64,000 bases of DNA from Fibrobacterales bacterium (GTDB lineage: Bacteria; Fibrobacterota; Fibrobacteria; Fibrobacterales; JAOPTW01): assembly GCA_051532035.1 (NCBI GenBank), contig JAOPTW010000045.1:15813-79812 (forward strand). The letters are read 5' to 3'. Both the position numbers and the translations under genes were made by a program. The notes beneath the pieces are model-generated. The model worked only from the letters and a program-made list of their open reading frames with translations. It was not told where the DNA came from and ran no database searches. Positions 9,129 through 18,601 of this stretch are shown here, one piece after another (the first letter of the stretch is position 1; each line of letters opens with the position of its first letter).

Positions 9129-10015
9129 TAAAAGGTCTCTTGGGATTTTTGTGTAACGCTGAAGGCGATGCCTTTTTCGTAGTATGCTAATTCATTAATA
9201 AATACAGGATAGACCGTTTCGGCCCCTTCATAGAGAAGTTCCTCTCCCTCAAAAGTGAGGAAAATAGGGTCACCTGGATTAAGTGGTTGATAATCCATTC
9301 CTTGTAAATTGGGATGAATCATTGCGTTCGGTTGGTTCTGTTCATCTCTTGGGAAGTCAACATTATATTGCTGAGTATAGATATCGACATTCTGAGGAGC
9401 ATGTGGCTCATTTGCATTGAATGCTTCAATAGCATCAAGAGCAGCATAAACAACCTGTTCCGTTTCAAAGAATAGATCTGCAATCAATGAACCATGGGCT
9501 TGAGGGCCCGATTCAACGCAAATATCACGGGTTGCAATACTGGGAAGGTAGGGGCTGCTTGCACTATCTTCGGATATATAATAGATGTGAACCAGTGGAT
9601 TTGAAGAAAGCTTAGAGATGATTTGTAAGAGTGCAGGGTCTTTTTGACCAACAATTAGAGAGATTCCCATATTGGCCGTAGTGTTATGTAAGTCAAGAAT
9701 AATATCAGCCGCATGAGGCGAGCCTTTAGGGCCAAGTTCTGTGTTGATCTCTTTTGCTCTTCGCTCTTCGATTGTAGTGAGTGAGCAGTCATTAAGATCT
9801 GATTGCGTAAAACAGCGATTGAGGTCTTTTTCTATGTACCTTCTGCAAGCTGTTATAGCGTCATGATTTGCGAGGATTGTTGTGGTAGAGAAGCTGTTTC
9901 GTTCGATGAGTGTTGGATCTCGGTCCCATTTCTTGATAAGATTGACGCCAGTAAGTTCATTACCGTGTGTACCGCCTACAATAGCGACCTTACTGAGAGG
10001 GGATAAATCGTCCAT
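9128..10015 (-). CDS. Aspartoacylase (AstE/AspA family)
   Basis: VGGTHGNELTG, DLNRCF, DLHNTTANMG, YPVFINELAYYEK motifs. Confidence 0.92.
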   Translation of the reverse strand: MDDLSPLSKVAIVGGTHGNELTGVNLIKKWDRDPTLIERNSFSTTTILANHDAITACRRYIEKDLNRCFTQSDLNDCSLTTIEERRAKEINTELGPKGSPHAADIILDLHNTTANMGISLIVGQKDPALLQIISKLSSNPLVHIYYISEDSASSPYLPSIATRDICVESGPQAHGSLIADLFFETEQVVYAALDAIEAFNANEPHAPQNVDIYTQQYNVDFPRDEQNQPNAMIHPNLQGMDYQPLNPGDPIFLTFEGEELLYEGAETVYPVFINELAYYEKGIAFSVTQKSQETF

Positions 10016-10083
10016 ATGCCAAAAAGTTCTATCTTATAAGGTAAATATATTATAATTTAAAATAAAACTGACCCCTACTCACA

Positions 10084-11097
10084 ATGAAGCCAAAAGATAC
10101 CAACTTAAAGAAGAAGCATATTGACTTTTTTGCCAAAATGGCGATTGAGGCTTTTGAGGGTATGTTTGGAGTGAACTTTCGAAAGAAGGGCGCTGTAGAG
10201 CAAAAAGAGACCATAGAGATTCAGTTCCCCATGATCTGTACTGTTGACTCTGTGGGGAGTATGGTACTCTCCTTTTTTATCTCATTCGAAGAACGTACGG
10301 CTCTTGGATTGCTTGGACTCTCTGGCGACTCTTTCGAAAGCATATCAATCAATGATAAAAAACGGGTTATCGGCATGATTACAGAAATGGGGAATGTCGT
10401 TATTGGTTCAACGCAGGGGTCTCTTGAAAAAGAATATGGTACCCTCACTTTAGGGTTGCCGACTTACTGGCGTGTGCAATCACCAGAAGATTATTCTCTG
10501 CCTGCAATAAGTAACTATTCTCAGGCTCTCCACTCTAAAATAGGCGATGTCCAGATTACTCTTGCTTATGATTTCAGAGAGCTCCAAATTGCAACTCAAA
10601 ATAGGCGATTGACCGAAGAGGCAACGGTTGATGAATTAACCGGTCTTCTCAACGTCAGACAATATAATTATGACATAAAAATGTTTATTGAAAAGGGGAA
10701 TGACGGTTTTGGCTTCTCGCTCTTAATCTTAGACGTCGATAATTTCAAACAACTCAATGATACTCATGGTCATAAATATGGCGATAAAATACTCACTATG
10801 GTGGGGAATACCGTTCAGAACTCAATACGCTCTAATGATAAGTGTTATCGGTTTGGTGGCGATGAGTTTATCGTATTACTATCAGGTGCACAGCCTGAGC
10901 ACGTCGCTATGACTGCTCGACGAATTTGTAAAAATTACCAGCATCATATTAATAAAATGAATACCTCTTCACTCTCTATTGGTGGCTCCACCTTTGAAAT
11001 GGAGATGACGGCTGAAGAGCTTTTTAAACGGGCGGATGATGCGATGTATGTTGCCAAAACAACTGAGGGCAATACCTTCGAGGCCTACGAAACTTAG
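10084..11097 (+). CDS. Diguanylate cyclase with N-terminal CheX/CheC-like domain
   Basis: DELTGLLN, DVDNFKQLNDTHGH, RFGGDEF with RSND I-site; N-terminal ITEMGNVVIG (ExxN) and LGLP as in CheX. Confidence 0.85.
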   Translation: MKPKDTNLKKKHIDFFAKMAIEAFEGMFGVNFRKKGAVEQKETIEIQFPMICTVDSVGSMVLSFFISFEERTALGLLGLSGDSFESISINDKKRVIGMITEMGNVVIGSTQGSLEKEYGTLTLGLPTYWRVQSPEDYSLPAISNYSQALHSKIGDVQITLAYDFRELQIATQNRRLTEEATVDELTGLLNVRQYNYDIKMFIEKGNDGFGFSLLILDVDNFKQLNDTHGHKYGDKILTMVGNTVQNSIRSNDKCYRFGGDEFIVLLSGAQPEHVAMTARRICKNYQHHINKMNTSSLSIGGSTFEMEMTAEELFKRADDAMYVAKTTEGNTFEAYET

Positions 11098-11199
11098 CTT
11101 CAACCCTAATGTTGTTATTTTGTAACCTTGTTATATCACTAAAATTGATATAAGTTACCCCCTTTTTATCCCCCTCCTCGCATTATATGAGCTATTTTC

Positions 11200-11207
11200 T
11201 ACATTTG
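11200..11207 (+). promoter_or_regulatory. TAnnTTTG-type promoter element upstream of pepP
   Basis: TACATTTG 19 nt before GTG start; the motif recurs before many genes in the window. Confidence 0.55.
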
Positions 11208-11226
11208 ACCTAACGAAGGATGTGGC

Positions 11227-12636
11227 GTGACAATTAAACAATTACAGCAAAAGTATTCACAAGTTTTTGTAGCGGGGCTCAAGGGCGACAATGCTGCTGA
11301 GGCATTTTGCGATCGCCGAAAAAGGCAATTAAAGGAACTCAAGGGAATCTCGTTTTTCTTTAGCGCTTCACATGAACCACATCACGATACGGTTCATTTA
11401 ATGAATGGCACTCGCCTTTTTCAAGAACCTTCAATGCTGTATCTGACCGGTATAAACCAACCCGGTGTGGTGCTGATGCTTGACCCACACGGTCGATCGG
11501 AGAGTGAGATACTCTTTGTAGCCCCAAAAGACCCAACGAAAGAGTTTTGGGATGGTGTGAGAATCGGTATCATTGAAAAGGTGTCGCCTAAAAAGGCAAT
11601 TCAAGATATTGTTGATTTGGTTGGCGTCACAAAAGTAAAGCCCCTGTCGGAGCTGGATAGTTGGGTTAAAGAAAAAGCACTTACAACAGATGTTTTTTAT
11701 GCATTTCACCATACTTATCACAATAAAAAGCGTATTACACGAAGAGATGATCAAAATAGTGATCAAGTGAAGACCTTAAAAAAAGCCATAAGAAGTGTTA
11801 ATAAGAGTGCAGTGATTGAGCCATGTGCTGCAGAGCATTTTGCAGTGCGTAATGTACATGATCAGTGGCAAGTCAAAGAGACAAAGCGAGCACAAAAACT
11901 GACTCGAGATGCGTATCTCGCTTTTTTACCTCAGTTACCCTTCCTTAAAAGTGAACATGAAGTTCGTTTGAGTCTCGAAGGATTATTGCAAGAAAAGTCT
12001 ATTTATGGCCTATCGTTTCCAACAATTGTTGCAAGTGGACAAAATGCCTGTGTACTCCATTACCAAAAATGTGACGCGCCTCTCGACAAAAAAGGGCTCT
12101 TGTTGCTGGATTTCGGTGTTCGGTTTGGTACTCTCCATTCTGATATTTCACGAACCATTCCGGCAAATGGAAAATTTAATCCTCTACAAAAGTTACTCTA
12201 TGAGATAGTTCTTGAGGCTCAATTGGTAAATGAAGCACTTATCAAGCCCGGTGCAATTATTCAAGACAATGACTGGAAAGTGTGGAGTTTCATAGAAAAA
12301 GAGCTCAATAGTCGGTTTTATGCCAAGGGTGGCATCGCCAAAAGAGAGTATACAACGAAACCGCATGGAGTGAGCCATCTGATTGGTGAACAGTGTCACG
12401 AAGGTGATCCTTTTCGACTCTATCAGGTTGAGCCACTACGAGAAGGAATGTTGCTCTCAAATGAGCCGGGTTTGTATGGCTATTTTGAGATGAAAATTGA
12501 CGGACGCCTTTATAAAGAGTATATTGGCATACGAATTGAAGATGACATCTATGTAACAAAAAATGGGTGTGATAATTTATCAAAATCTATCCCAAAAACG
12601 GTAGATGAGATTGAATCACTAATGAAAAAGGTGTGA
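11227..12636 (+). CDS. pepP: Xaa-Pro aminopeptidase (M24B)
   Basis: NACVLHY, LLDFG, SDISRTIP, HGVSHLIG, EPGLY, GIRIEDD motifs. Confidence 0.88.
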   Translation: MTIKQLQQKYSQVFVAGLKGDNAAEAFCDRRKRQLKELKGISFFFSASHEPHHDTVHLMNGTRLFQEPSMLYLTGINQPGVVLMLDPHGRSESEILFVAPKDPTKEFWDGVRIGIIEKVSPKKAIQDIVDLVGVTKVKPLSELDSWVKEKALTTDVFYAFHHTYHNKKRITRRDDQNSDQVKTLKKAIRSVNKSAVIEPCAAEHFAVRNVHDQWQVKETKRAQKLTRDAYLAFLPQLPFLKSEHEVRLSLEGLLQEKSIYGLSFPTIVASGQNACVLHYQKCDAPLDKKGLLLLDFGVRFGTLHSDISRTIPANGKFNPLQKLLYEIVLEAQLVNEALIKPGAIIQDNDWKVWSFIEKELNSRFYAKGGIAKREYTTKPHGVSHLIGEQCHEGDPFRLYQVEPLREGMLLSNEPGLYGYFEMKIDGRLYKEYIGIRIEDDIYVTKNGCDNLSKSIPKTVDEIESLMKKV

Positions 12637-12640
12637 AATA

Positions 12641-13108
12641 ATGAGTGATAAAGACGAAATAGACGAAATAGAGGAAATTGACGGAATAGACGAACTGGAT
12701 GCTGTTGCTGAAAGTGAAGAAGTCGAAGAAGTTGTTGCAGCCGAACCTGCTGAACGCGACTATAGTCAACGGAAATTACTTGCAATCGAACCTGATGCTC
12801 AAAAAATTGCAAAACTCGAAACAGTTCTTGGAGAAATACTTCCTGGCGCAGCAGTCACACTCGTTGATGATTGTGAAGAAGCGATGGAAATCTCTGATGA
12901 TAATAATTTCGATACTGTAGTTATTGACCTTCAATATGAAGAGTTTAGCTCTCATGAATTTGTGAAAATGGTCAATAATGATGCTGATATTCTTTTAGTT
13001 TCATTTAAAGTTGATAATGTCGATATGGTGGACTTCCAAAATAGATTTAAATTGGAGCCGCTCCGTAAGATTTTCGACAATGCAAAAAACGCTAAAATAA
13101 AGATTTAA
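12641..13108 (+). CDS. Acidic protein with receiver-like (REC) domain
   Basis: Asp/Glu-rich N-terminus; LLAIEPD...EEAME...FDTVVIDL resembles the REC fold. Confidence 0.6.
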   Translation: MSDKDEIDEIEEIDGIDELDAVAESEEVEEVVAAEPAERDYSQRKLLAIEPDAQKIAKLETVLGEILPGAAVTLVDDCEEAMEISDDNNFDTVVIDLQYEEFSSHEFVKMVNNDADILLVSFKVDNVDMVDFQNRFKLEPLRKIFDNAKNAKIKI

Positions 13109-13112
13109 TGCT

Positions 13113-14354
13113 ATGAACCTGTTTGAGTTTGAAAAAGAAGGGTATTACGGTGAATTTGGAGGGACTTTCCTTCCAGAAATATTGAAAACTACCGTAGATG
13201 AATTGAATATAGCCTATCATAATGCTATTGATGACCCTTCTTTTTGGCCTGAGTATGTGAGCTTAATGGAAGAGTATTGTGGAAGACCAACTCCTATTAC
13301 TCACCTTAAAAACCTCTCTGAGAAACTCGGTGGCGCTCAAATTTATGTGAAGCGCGAAGATCTTAACCATACTGGTGCCCATAAAGCGAATAATGTAATG
13401 GGCCAAGGGCTTCTTGTGAAGCGCATGGGCAAAACTCGTGTTATTGCAGAAACAGGCGCAGGACAGCACGGTGTTGCAACAGCGACTATGGCTGCAAAAT
13501 TTGGTTTTGATTGTACCATTTATATGGGGGCGGTTGATGTCGCAAGGCAACGGCCTAATGTGTTCTGGATGGAACAGATGGGTGCCGAAGTTATTGCGGT
13601 AGAGTCGGGCCAGAAAACATTAAAAGATGCTATTAATGAATCTCTCAGAGATTGGGTATCGTCAATGGATAATACACACTACGTTCTTGGAACGGCGTGT
13701 GGATTTCATCCATTTCCTGAAATGGTATCTTACTTTCAATCAATTATTGGTGCAGAAGCGTATAATCAGATACAGAAATGCGCAGGCAAAATGCCTGATA
13801 AAGTATTTGCTTGTGTCGGTGGTGGTTCTAATGCAATGGGCATCTTTCAGGGCTTTCTCAATGATGAAAATGTAGAACTTATTGCCGTTGAAGCTGGTGG
13901 CGAGGGGATGACCCCGGGTAACCATGCTGCACGTTTAGCAAAAGGTTCAAATGCTACTATTGGTGTTGCTGGTTATAAAACTATGTTTCTCCAAGATGAT
14001 GATGGGCAGATGCAGCACACTAAATCCTGTGCTGCTGGTCTTGACTATGTTGGCGTTTCTCCAATACTCGCACATCTTCATAAAGAGGGGCGTGTACGGT
14101 TTGAGGCTGCACTCGATACCGAAGTGATTGAAGCACTTAAAACAGTTATGAGAAATGAAGGAATTATTCCTGCTCTTGAGAGTTCTCATGCATTTGCGCA
14201 AGCTCTTAAAGAGGCACCAACAATGGATAAAGATCAGGTGATATTGATCAATCAATCGGGTCGCGGTGATAAAGATATCTTTACTGTTGCCGATGCAATT
14301 CACGATCCCAAGTGGGATGAGTTTCTCAGATTCAAAGTCTCTAACCTTAAGTAA
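13113..14354 (+). CDS. trpB: Tryptophan synthase beta subunit
   Basis: KREDLNHTGAHKANN, AETGAGQHG, CVGGGSNAMG, AGLDY, GIIPALESSHA, SGRGDKD. Confidence 0.97.
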   Translation: MNLFEFEKEGYYGEFGGTFLPEILKTTVDELNIAYHNAIDDPSFWPEYVSLMEEYCGRPTPITHLKNLSEKLGGAQIYVKREDLNHTGAHKANNVMGQGLLVKRMGKTRVIAETGAGQHGVATATMAAKFGFDCTIYMGAVDVARQRPNVFWMEQMGAEVIAVESGQKTLKDAINESLRDWVSSMDNTHYVLGTACGFHPFPEMVSYFQSIIGAEAYNQIQKCAGKMPDKVFACVGGGSNAMGIFQGFLNDENVELIAVEAGGEGMTPGNHAARLAKGSNATIGVAGYKTMFLQDDDGQMQHTKSCAAGLDYVGVSPILAHLHKEGRVRFEAALDTEVIEALKTVMRNEGIIPALESSHAFAQALKEAPTMDKDQVILINQSGRGDKDIFTVADAIHDPKWDEFLRFKVSNLK

Positions 14355-14357
14355 TAT

Positions 14358-15134
14358 ATGAGTTTATCTAAAGTAATTCAAGAAGCAGCGGCCGATAAAG
14401 GTATCGCTCTCATGACCCACATAATTTGTGGGTATCCATCATTTGACGACAATCGAATCATACTTGATGAGATGGAAAAAGCAGGTGTTGAAGTTGTAGA
14501 GATGCAGTTTCCTTTTTCTGAACCTATCGCTGATGGGCCGGTTTTTGCCCAAGCAAATCAGGTTTCTATAGAGAATGGCACAACCATTGATCAATGCTTT
14601 GCCTTTGTAAAAGAGTGTAGCAAAAAGTACTCATTTCAAATTTTAATGATGGGCTATTATAACACGGTCTTCAAACGTGGTGAAGAAAAATTCTGTAAAG
14701 ATCTTGTTGCTGCTGGTGGTGTTGGAATGATCGTTCCTGATGTTCCATTAGAAGAAGCTGCTGATCTTCGTAAGTATGCGAAAGAGTCAAATCTTTCGTT
14801 GGTTCAACTTGTAGCACCAACAAATACTGAGGAGCGTATTGCTGATATTTGTACTCTCGCAAATGAACTCAACAGTATCGTCTATGCTGTCGCCCGTAAA
14901 GGAGTAACTGGTAAAAAGACTGAACTTGATACGGGGCTCGAAGGCTATTTATCTACCATTAAGGGTACGCTCAAAGAGCCCCTTGCCGTTGGTTTTGGTG
15001 TTAAGTCTAAGTCTGACATTGATTATTTGAGAGGTAAAGCTGAGTGTGCTGTTATTGGCACTGCTATGCTTTCTGCGTATCAGGCTGATGGTGCTGAAGG
15101 AGTTGCAAAACTTCTTGGGGAATTGCGCTCTTAA
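14358..15134 (+). CDS. trpA: Tryptophan synthase alpha subunit
   Basis: PFSEPIADGPV, GVTG, AVGFGV motifs; follows trpB. Confidence 0.96.
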   Translation: MSLSKVIQEAAADKGIALMTHIICGYPSFDDNRIILDEMEKAGVEVVEMQFPFSEPIADGPVFAQANQVSIENGTTIDQCFAFVKECSKKYSFQILMMGYYNTVFKRGEEKFCKDLVAAGGVGMIVPDVPLEEAADLRKYAKESNLSLVQLVAPTNTEERIADICTLANELNSIVYAVARKGVTGKKTELDTGLEGYLSTIKGTLKEPLAVGFGVKSKSDIDYLRGKAECAVIGTAMLSAYQADGAEGVAKLLGELRS

Positions 15135-15262
15135 CTTTTTAAATTCCCATAGCTCTTCATTTGAATGCGCTATTACAGTTATCAATGGGTGGAATGTTTC
15201 ACTATTCCACCTATATAGTATGCTTTGTCACATTCCATTCCAATCCTGTGATGTACCGAGCC

Positions 15263-16027
15263 TTACTCTTCCCAGCCCAAGGAATACGTAATTCCCATAT
15301 TTACGCCAAGCTGAGTATATGATGAATCATCCATTTCAGCGCCTAAGTTTATACCAAAATTAATATTCCATTGGTCAGCCTGCCCAAGCATTAATGAACA
15401 ATCAATTAATGCAGAGATAAACTGAAGGTTAGGCTCTAAATCCATATATCCGTCTCCTGCATCGCCTTCAAGATAAATAGTTTTATCCGAATAGGAAACA
15501 TATGAATATCCAATACCAGGCTCAATTGCAAATCGCCAAAATGGTCCTATAATAAGATTTGTTTTAATTTCTGTTGTATAGGTCATTCCTTCAGAGCCAT
15601 TTGAAGTATAAAAATCGATATAGGTATTATTTCTTGCAGTATACGATTTATCTATAACTAAGCTCACCATGGTTGGGCTAATAGCCATTTGTATACTACT
15701 TTTAAAACCAAATTTCTTAGCTATATGTGTTCTATAGCCAATTAAAAGTCCAACTGAGGCACTTGAAATTTCAAGAGTTGCGGTCTCATCACTATAATCA
15801 TTTTCTAGTTTGGATAACACCGTATTTATAGAAAAAAACTGACCAATAAATACATTATTACGCCTGCGCCCTTCATCTCTTTTTATCAATTTTTGTGTAT
15901 TTACTTTTCTTCTGTATTCACGTACTTCTTCTCTCGAGGCTCCTGTGGGTGGAGGCTCTATTACTTCTGCACTTATGTGGGTCATACATAAAAACATTAT
16001 AATTATAGTATTCCATAAATATTTCAT
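15263..16027 (-). CDS. Secreted protein, probable outer-membrane beta-barrel
   Basis: Signal peptide; alternating amphipathic strands ending GITYSLGWEE. Confidence 0.65.
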   Translation of the reverse strand: MKYLWNTIIIMFLCMTHISAEVIEPPPTGASREEVREYRRKVNTQKLIKRDEGRRRNNVFIGQFFSINTVLSKLENDYSDETATLEISSASVGLLIGYRTHIAKKFGFKSSIQMAISPTMVSLVIDKSYTARNNTYIDFYTSNGSEGMTYTTEIKTNLIIGPFWRFAIEPGIGYSYVSYSDKTIYLEGDAGDGYMDLEPNLQFISALIDCSLMLGQADQWNINFGINLGAEMDDSSYTQLGVNMGITYSLGWEE

Positions 16028-16509
16028 ATTGCTCTTTTTAATCCTTATTCAAAAATAGTGTTCATAGTCTTTTTAGTAATACGACAATTCTATTCGATCA
16101 TCATATTCATTGTAAAAAATGTGTTAATTAAGTATGGTGCACTTCTAGACTGTACCAATAGAACAAACATAACAACAACCAGTAGGCCCTCAACCCTTCA
16201 GAAGAAAAAAGCAACTCAACCACTTACTCTTAGAAAGTAGAGTAAAATACAAGACTCTGCACAGGGTATCAATCCTGTACACTCTTTAGCATTGGTGATT
16301 GCTTTACTACTTAACTTACAGGGTACTAAAGACTCTCATTGGTACTGGTACAGAATTAAAATCTCTTTATTTTTTTGAGTAATTTTATATATCGTATGCG
16401 CTGGAGGGTGTAATGGGTGCTAAAGTTTACAGAGTTGCGTGTTGCTATCTATTACATATAAGCTATCTTTGTTCTCAAATTGACCAGACATCAATGAAAG
16501 AGAGAGCCA

Positions 16510-18504
16510 ATGAATACTTTTATTAAAAGAGTAACTGTACCATTTTCAATAGCAATTCTTGCCATTTTTAATGCTTGTGATACCAGTACCCCAATAGCTG
16601 CAACTGAAAATAATACAGAAGAATCGCCATTAACCTTTTCAGATATCAAAGCACCGAATGGTTTTGCTTTTTCTGTGTATAACGAAAAGGGCCTTACAAT
16701 ACGACTCAGTGTTGATAGCGAAGAAGGTATACTCCCTTATGAAGGTGCAACTATTAGAGTTGTCGAGGGGGGCACGAATGATTTACTCGCGTCATTTATT
16801 ACTGATGAAAATGGTGAAGTATTGTATGATGGTGGGAATCTATCATCAGGAGTAGCACAAGTGGGTATCTCGGTATACGCGGCAGGTATTCCAGAAGACA
16901 CGTTATGGTATAGCAAAGAGCAATTGGCTTCGCTTGATAGAATTGTGATTGTTAACCCAACATCTTATGATACAAATGAAGAACAAGGTACTATTGCTGC
17001 AAAGACCTCTACTATTTCACGAATTGAAGAAGCTGATGGGATTGTATATGGTAAAGAGAAACATCCACGAAAAGATTTTCGATTAGTTTCTGGAGCACTT
17101 TTTTCTGAGCGCTCAAAATTAGATCCAATACCTACTGCATGGCAGGGGACTAAAGAGATTCGTATTAATGCTCTTACCAATCCCGATGATAAAGATAAAA
17201 TCTGGGCACATTTTATGCATACTGGTGCTGGCTATCAAAATGCTTTTGGCTACTATTGGTATAAAAAATCTGAGAACCCGACAGGGGCACTCAGTGGTAT
17301 CAATCGTGTAACACTCTTTAGCTTGGTTGATGGTTTTTACAGCATTCGTAAAAGAGCACCAAAGGCTCTCGTTGGTACTGTTACAGAATTTAAATCACGA
17401 CTTACCGATGCAAATGATGAAATAGTAATTGGGTTTTGGTTACATGCGGATTATGAACAAGGAAACAAACCAAACAATCCAATCTGGTATTCTAATACAG
17501 CCTATAATGTTGAGCTGCATGGTGCAGCAGAAGAGTTTCATCATGTAAGTTTTCCATCGCGTTCAGATAAAACAGAATTTGTTTTTGCTATCGAAGACCT
17601 TCGTGCCTCAAAATCAGATGAAGACTACAATGATTTAATACTGATCATCGATGATGTTGCTCCTTCGGAACCATGCGATATTCAAAACGACCCAAGCTGT
17701 ATTACTTGTAGTGATTTACCGTACAATAAAAAATCGCGATTTGCATTTGAAGATCAATACCCTCATTATGGCGATTTCGACTATAACGATGTCGTAGTTG
17801 ATGTTGATTATTCTCTTATCTCACGTAAATGTAATGTGATGGGTGTCGCTATAAAAGACAATACATACGGGGCTGAATATGCACCGCAACTTATCAGTGG
17901 ATCAGTAGCGGTAACACCCGTTGCTAATGGTGCGTTATATTCTCTTGGGTTTGCAGTGTCACTGGGGAACTCTTTTCCTGGAGCTACTGTAGTAGTTGAT
18001 AACAGTGCATCGGATGTTGTAGAAGTAGCAGATGAAGTGATCATAGAGTTCTTTGATTTTATGAGAGCTCAGTTTGACCGTACTCCATCGACAATTTTAG
18101 TAAACACAGACCCTGCAGAAGGGAGCAGTGTTGCTCCCGCATATACCGCTGCAACGTTTACTGCTGGTATTAGCTTTGCTCAAGGAACTGCGATTCCTGA
18201 GAATATGACTTCTGTATTTACACCATTTATATACTTTGCTGATGATGTTACCAAAGAAATACATTTAAAAAATGGGACTCTTACAGCACGTGGTGTTGCA
18301 CAAAACCTTGTTGGCACTCCTGCTGAAGGTCATGCATACGAAGATGACAATGGCATTCCATGGGCAATTGAACTTAATCAAAACACTCTGTATCCTGTAG
18401 AATTTCAAGGTTTTGTTAATGCGTATCCCTTTTATGCTTCATGGGTACAAACAGGTGCACCACAAGAGTGGGCAACGATGGGTAATACATCAGTTCTGTA
18501 TTAA
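16510..18504 (+). CDS. LruC/DUF4842-domain lipoprotein
   Basis: Lipobox FNAC; GAGYQNAFGYY, FAIEDL...DEDYND, AFEDQYP..GDFDYND, KEIHL, PWAI, YPVE, AYP.YASW motifs. Confidence 0.85.
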   Translation: MNTFIKRVTVPFSIAILAIFNACDTSTPIAATENNTEESPLTFSDIKAPNGFAFSVYNEKGLTIRLSVDSEEGILPYEGATIRVVEGGTNDLLASFITDENGEVLYDGGNLSSGVAQVGISVYAAGIPEDTLWYSKEQLASLDRIVIVNPTSYDTNEEQGTIAAKTSTISRIEEADGIVYGKEKHPRKDFRLVSGALFSERSKLDPIPTAWQGTKEIRINALTNPDDKDKIWAHFMHTGAGYQNAFGYYWYKKSENPTGALSGINRVTLFSLVDGFYSIRKRAPKALVGTVTEFKSRLTDANDEIVIGFWLHADYEQGNKPNNPIWYSNTAYNVELHGAAEEFHHVSFPSRSDKTEFVFAIEDLRASKSDEDYNDLILIIDDVAPSEPCDIQNDPSCITCSDLPYNKKSRFAFEDQYPHYGDFDYNDVVVDVDYSLISRKCNVMGVAIKDNTYGAEYAPQLISGSVAVTPVANGALYSLGFAVSLGNSFPGATVVVDNSASDVVEVADEVIIEFFDFMRAQFDRTPSTILVNTDPAEGSSVAPAYTAATFTAGISFAQGTAIPENMTSVFTPFIYFADDVTKEIHLKNGTLTARGVAQNLVGTPAEGHAYEDDNGIPWAIELNQNTLYPVEFQGFVNAYPFYASWVQTGAPQEWATMGNTSVLY

Positions 18505-18537
18505 TATCTTAAAAGGTTTCGTTACATAGAAAGTGTT

Positions 18538-18569
18538 TGAGCAGATAGAGATATCTGCTCACTTTTTTT
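18538..18569 (+). terminator. Intrinsic terminator
   Basis: TGAGCAGATA-GAGA-TATCTGCTCA followed by T7. Confidence 0.8.
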
Positions 18570-18601
18570 ATTTTATGGCTAATACATAACAAGGACGTAT
18601 A

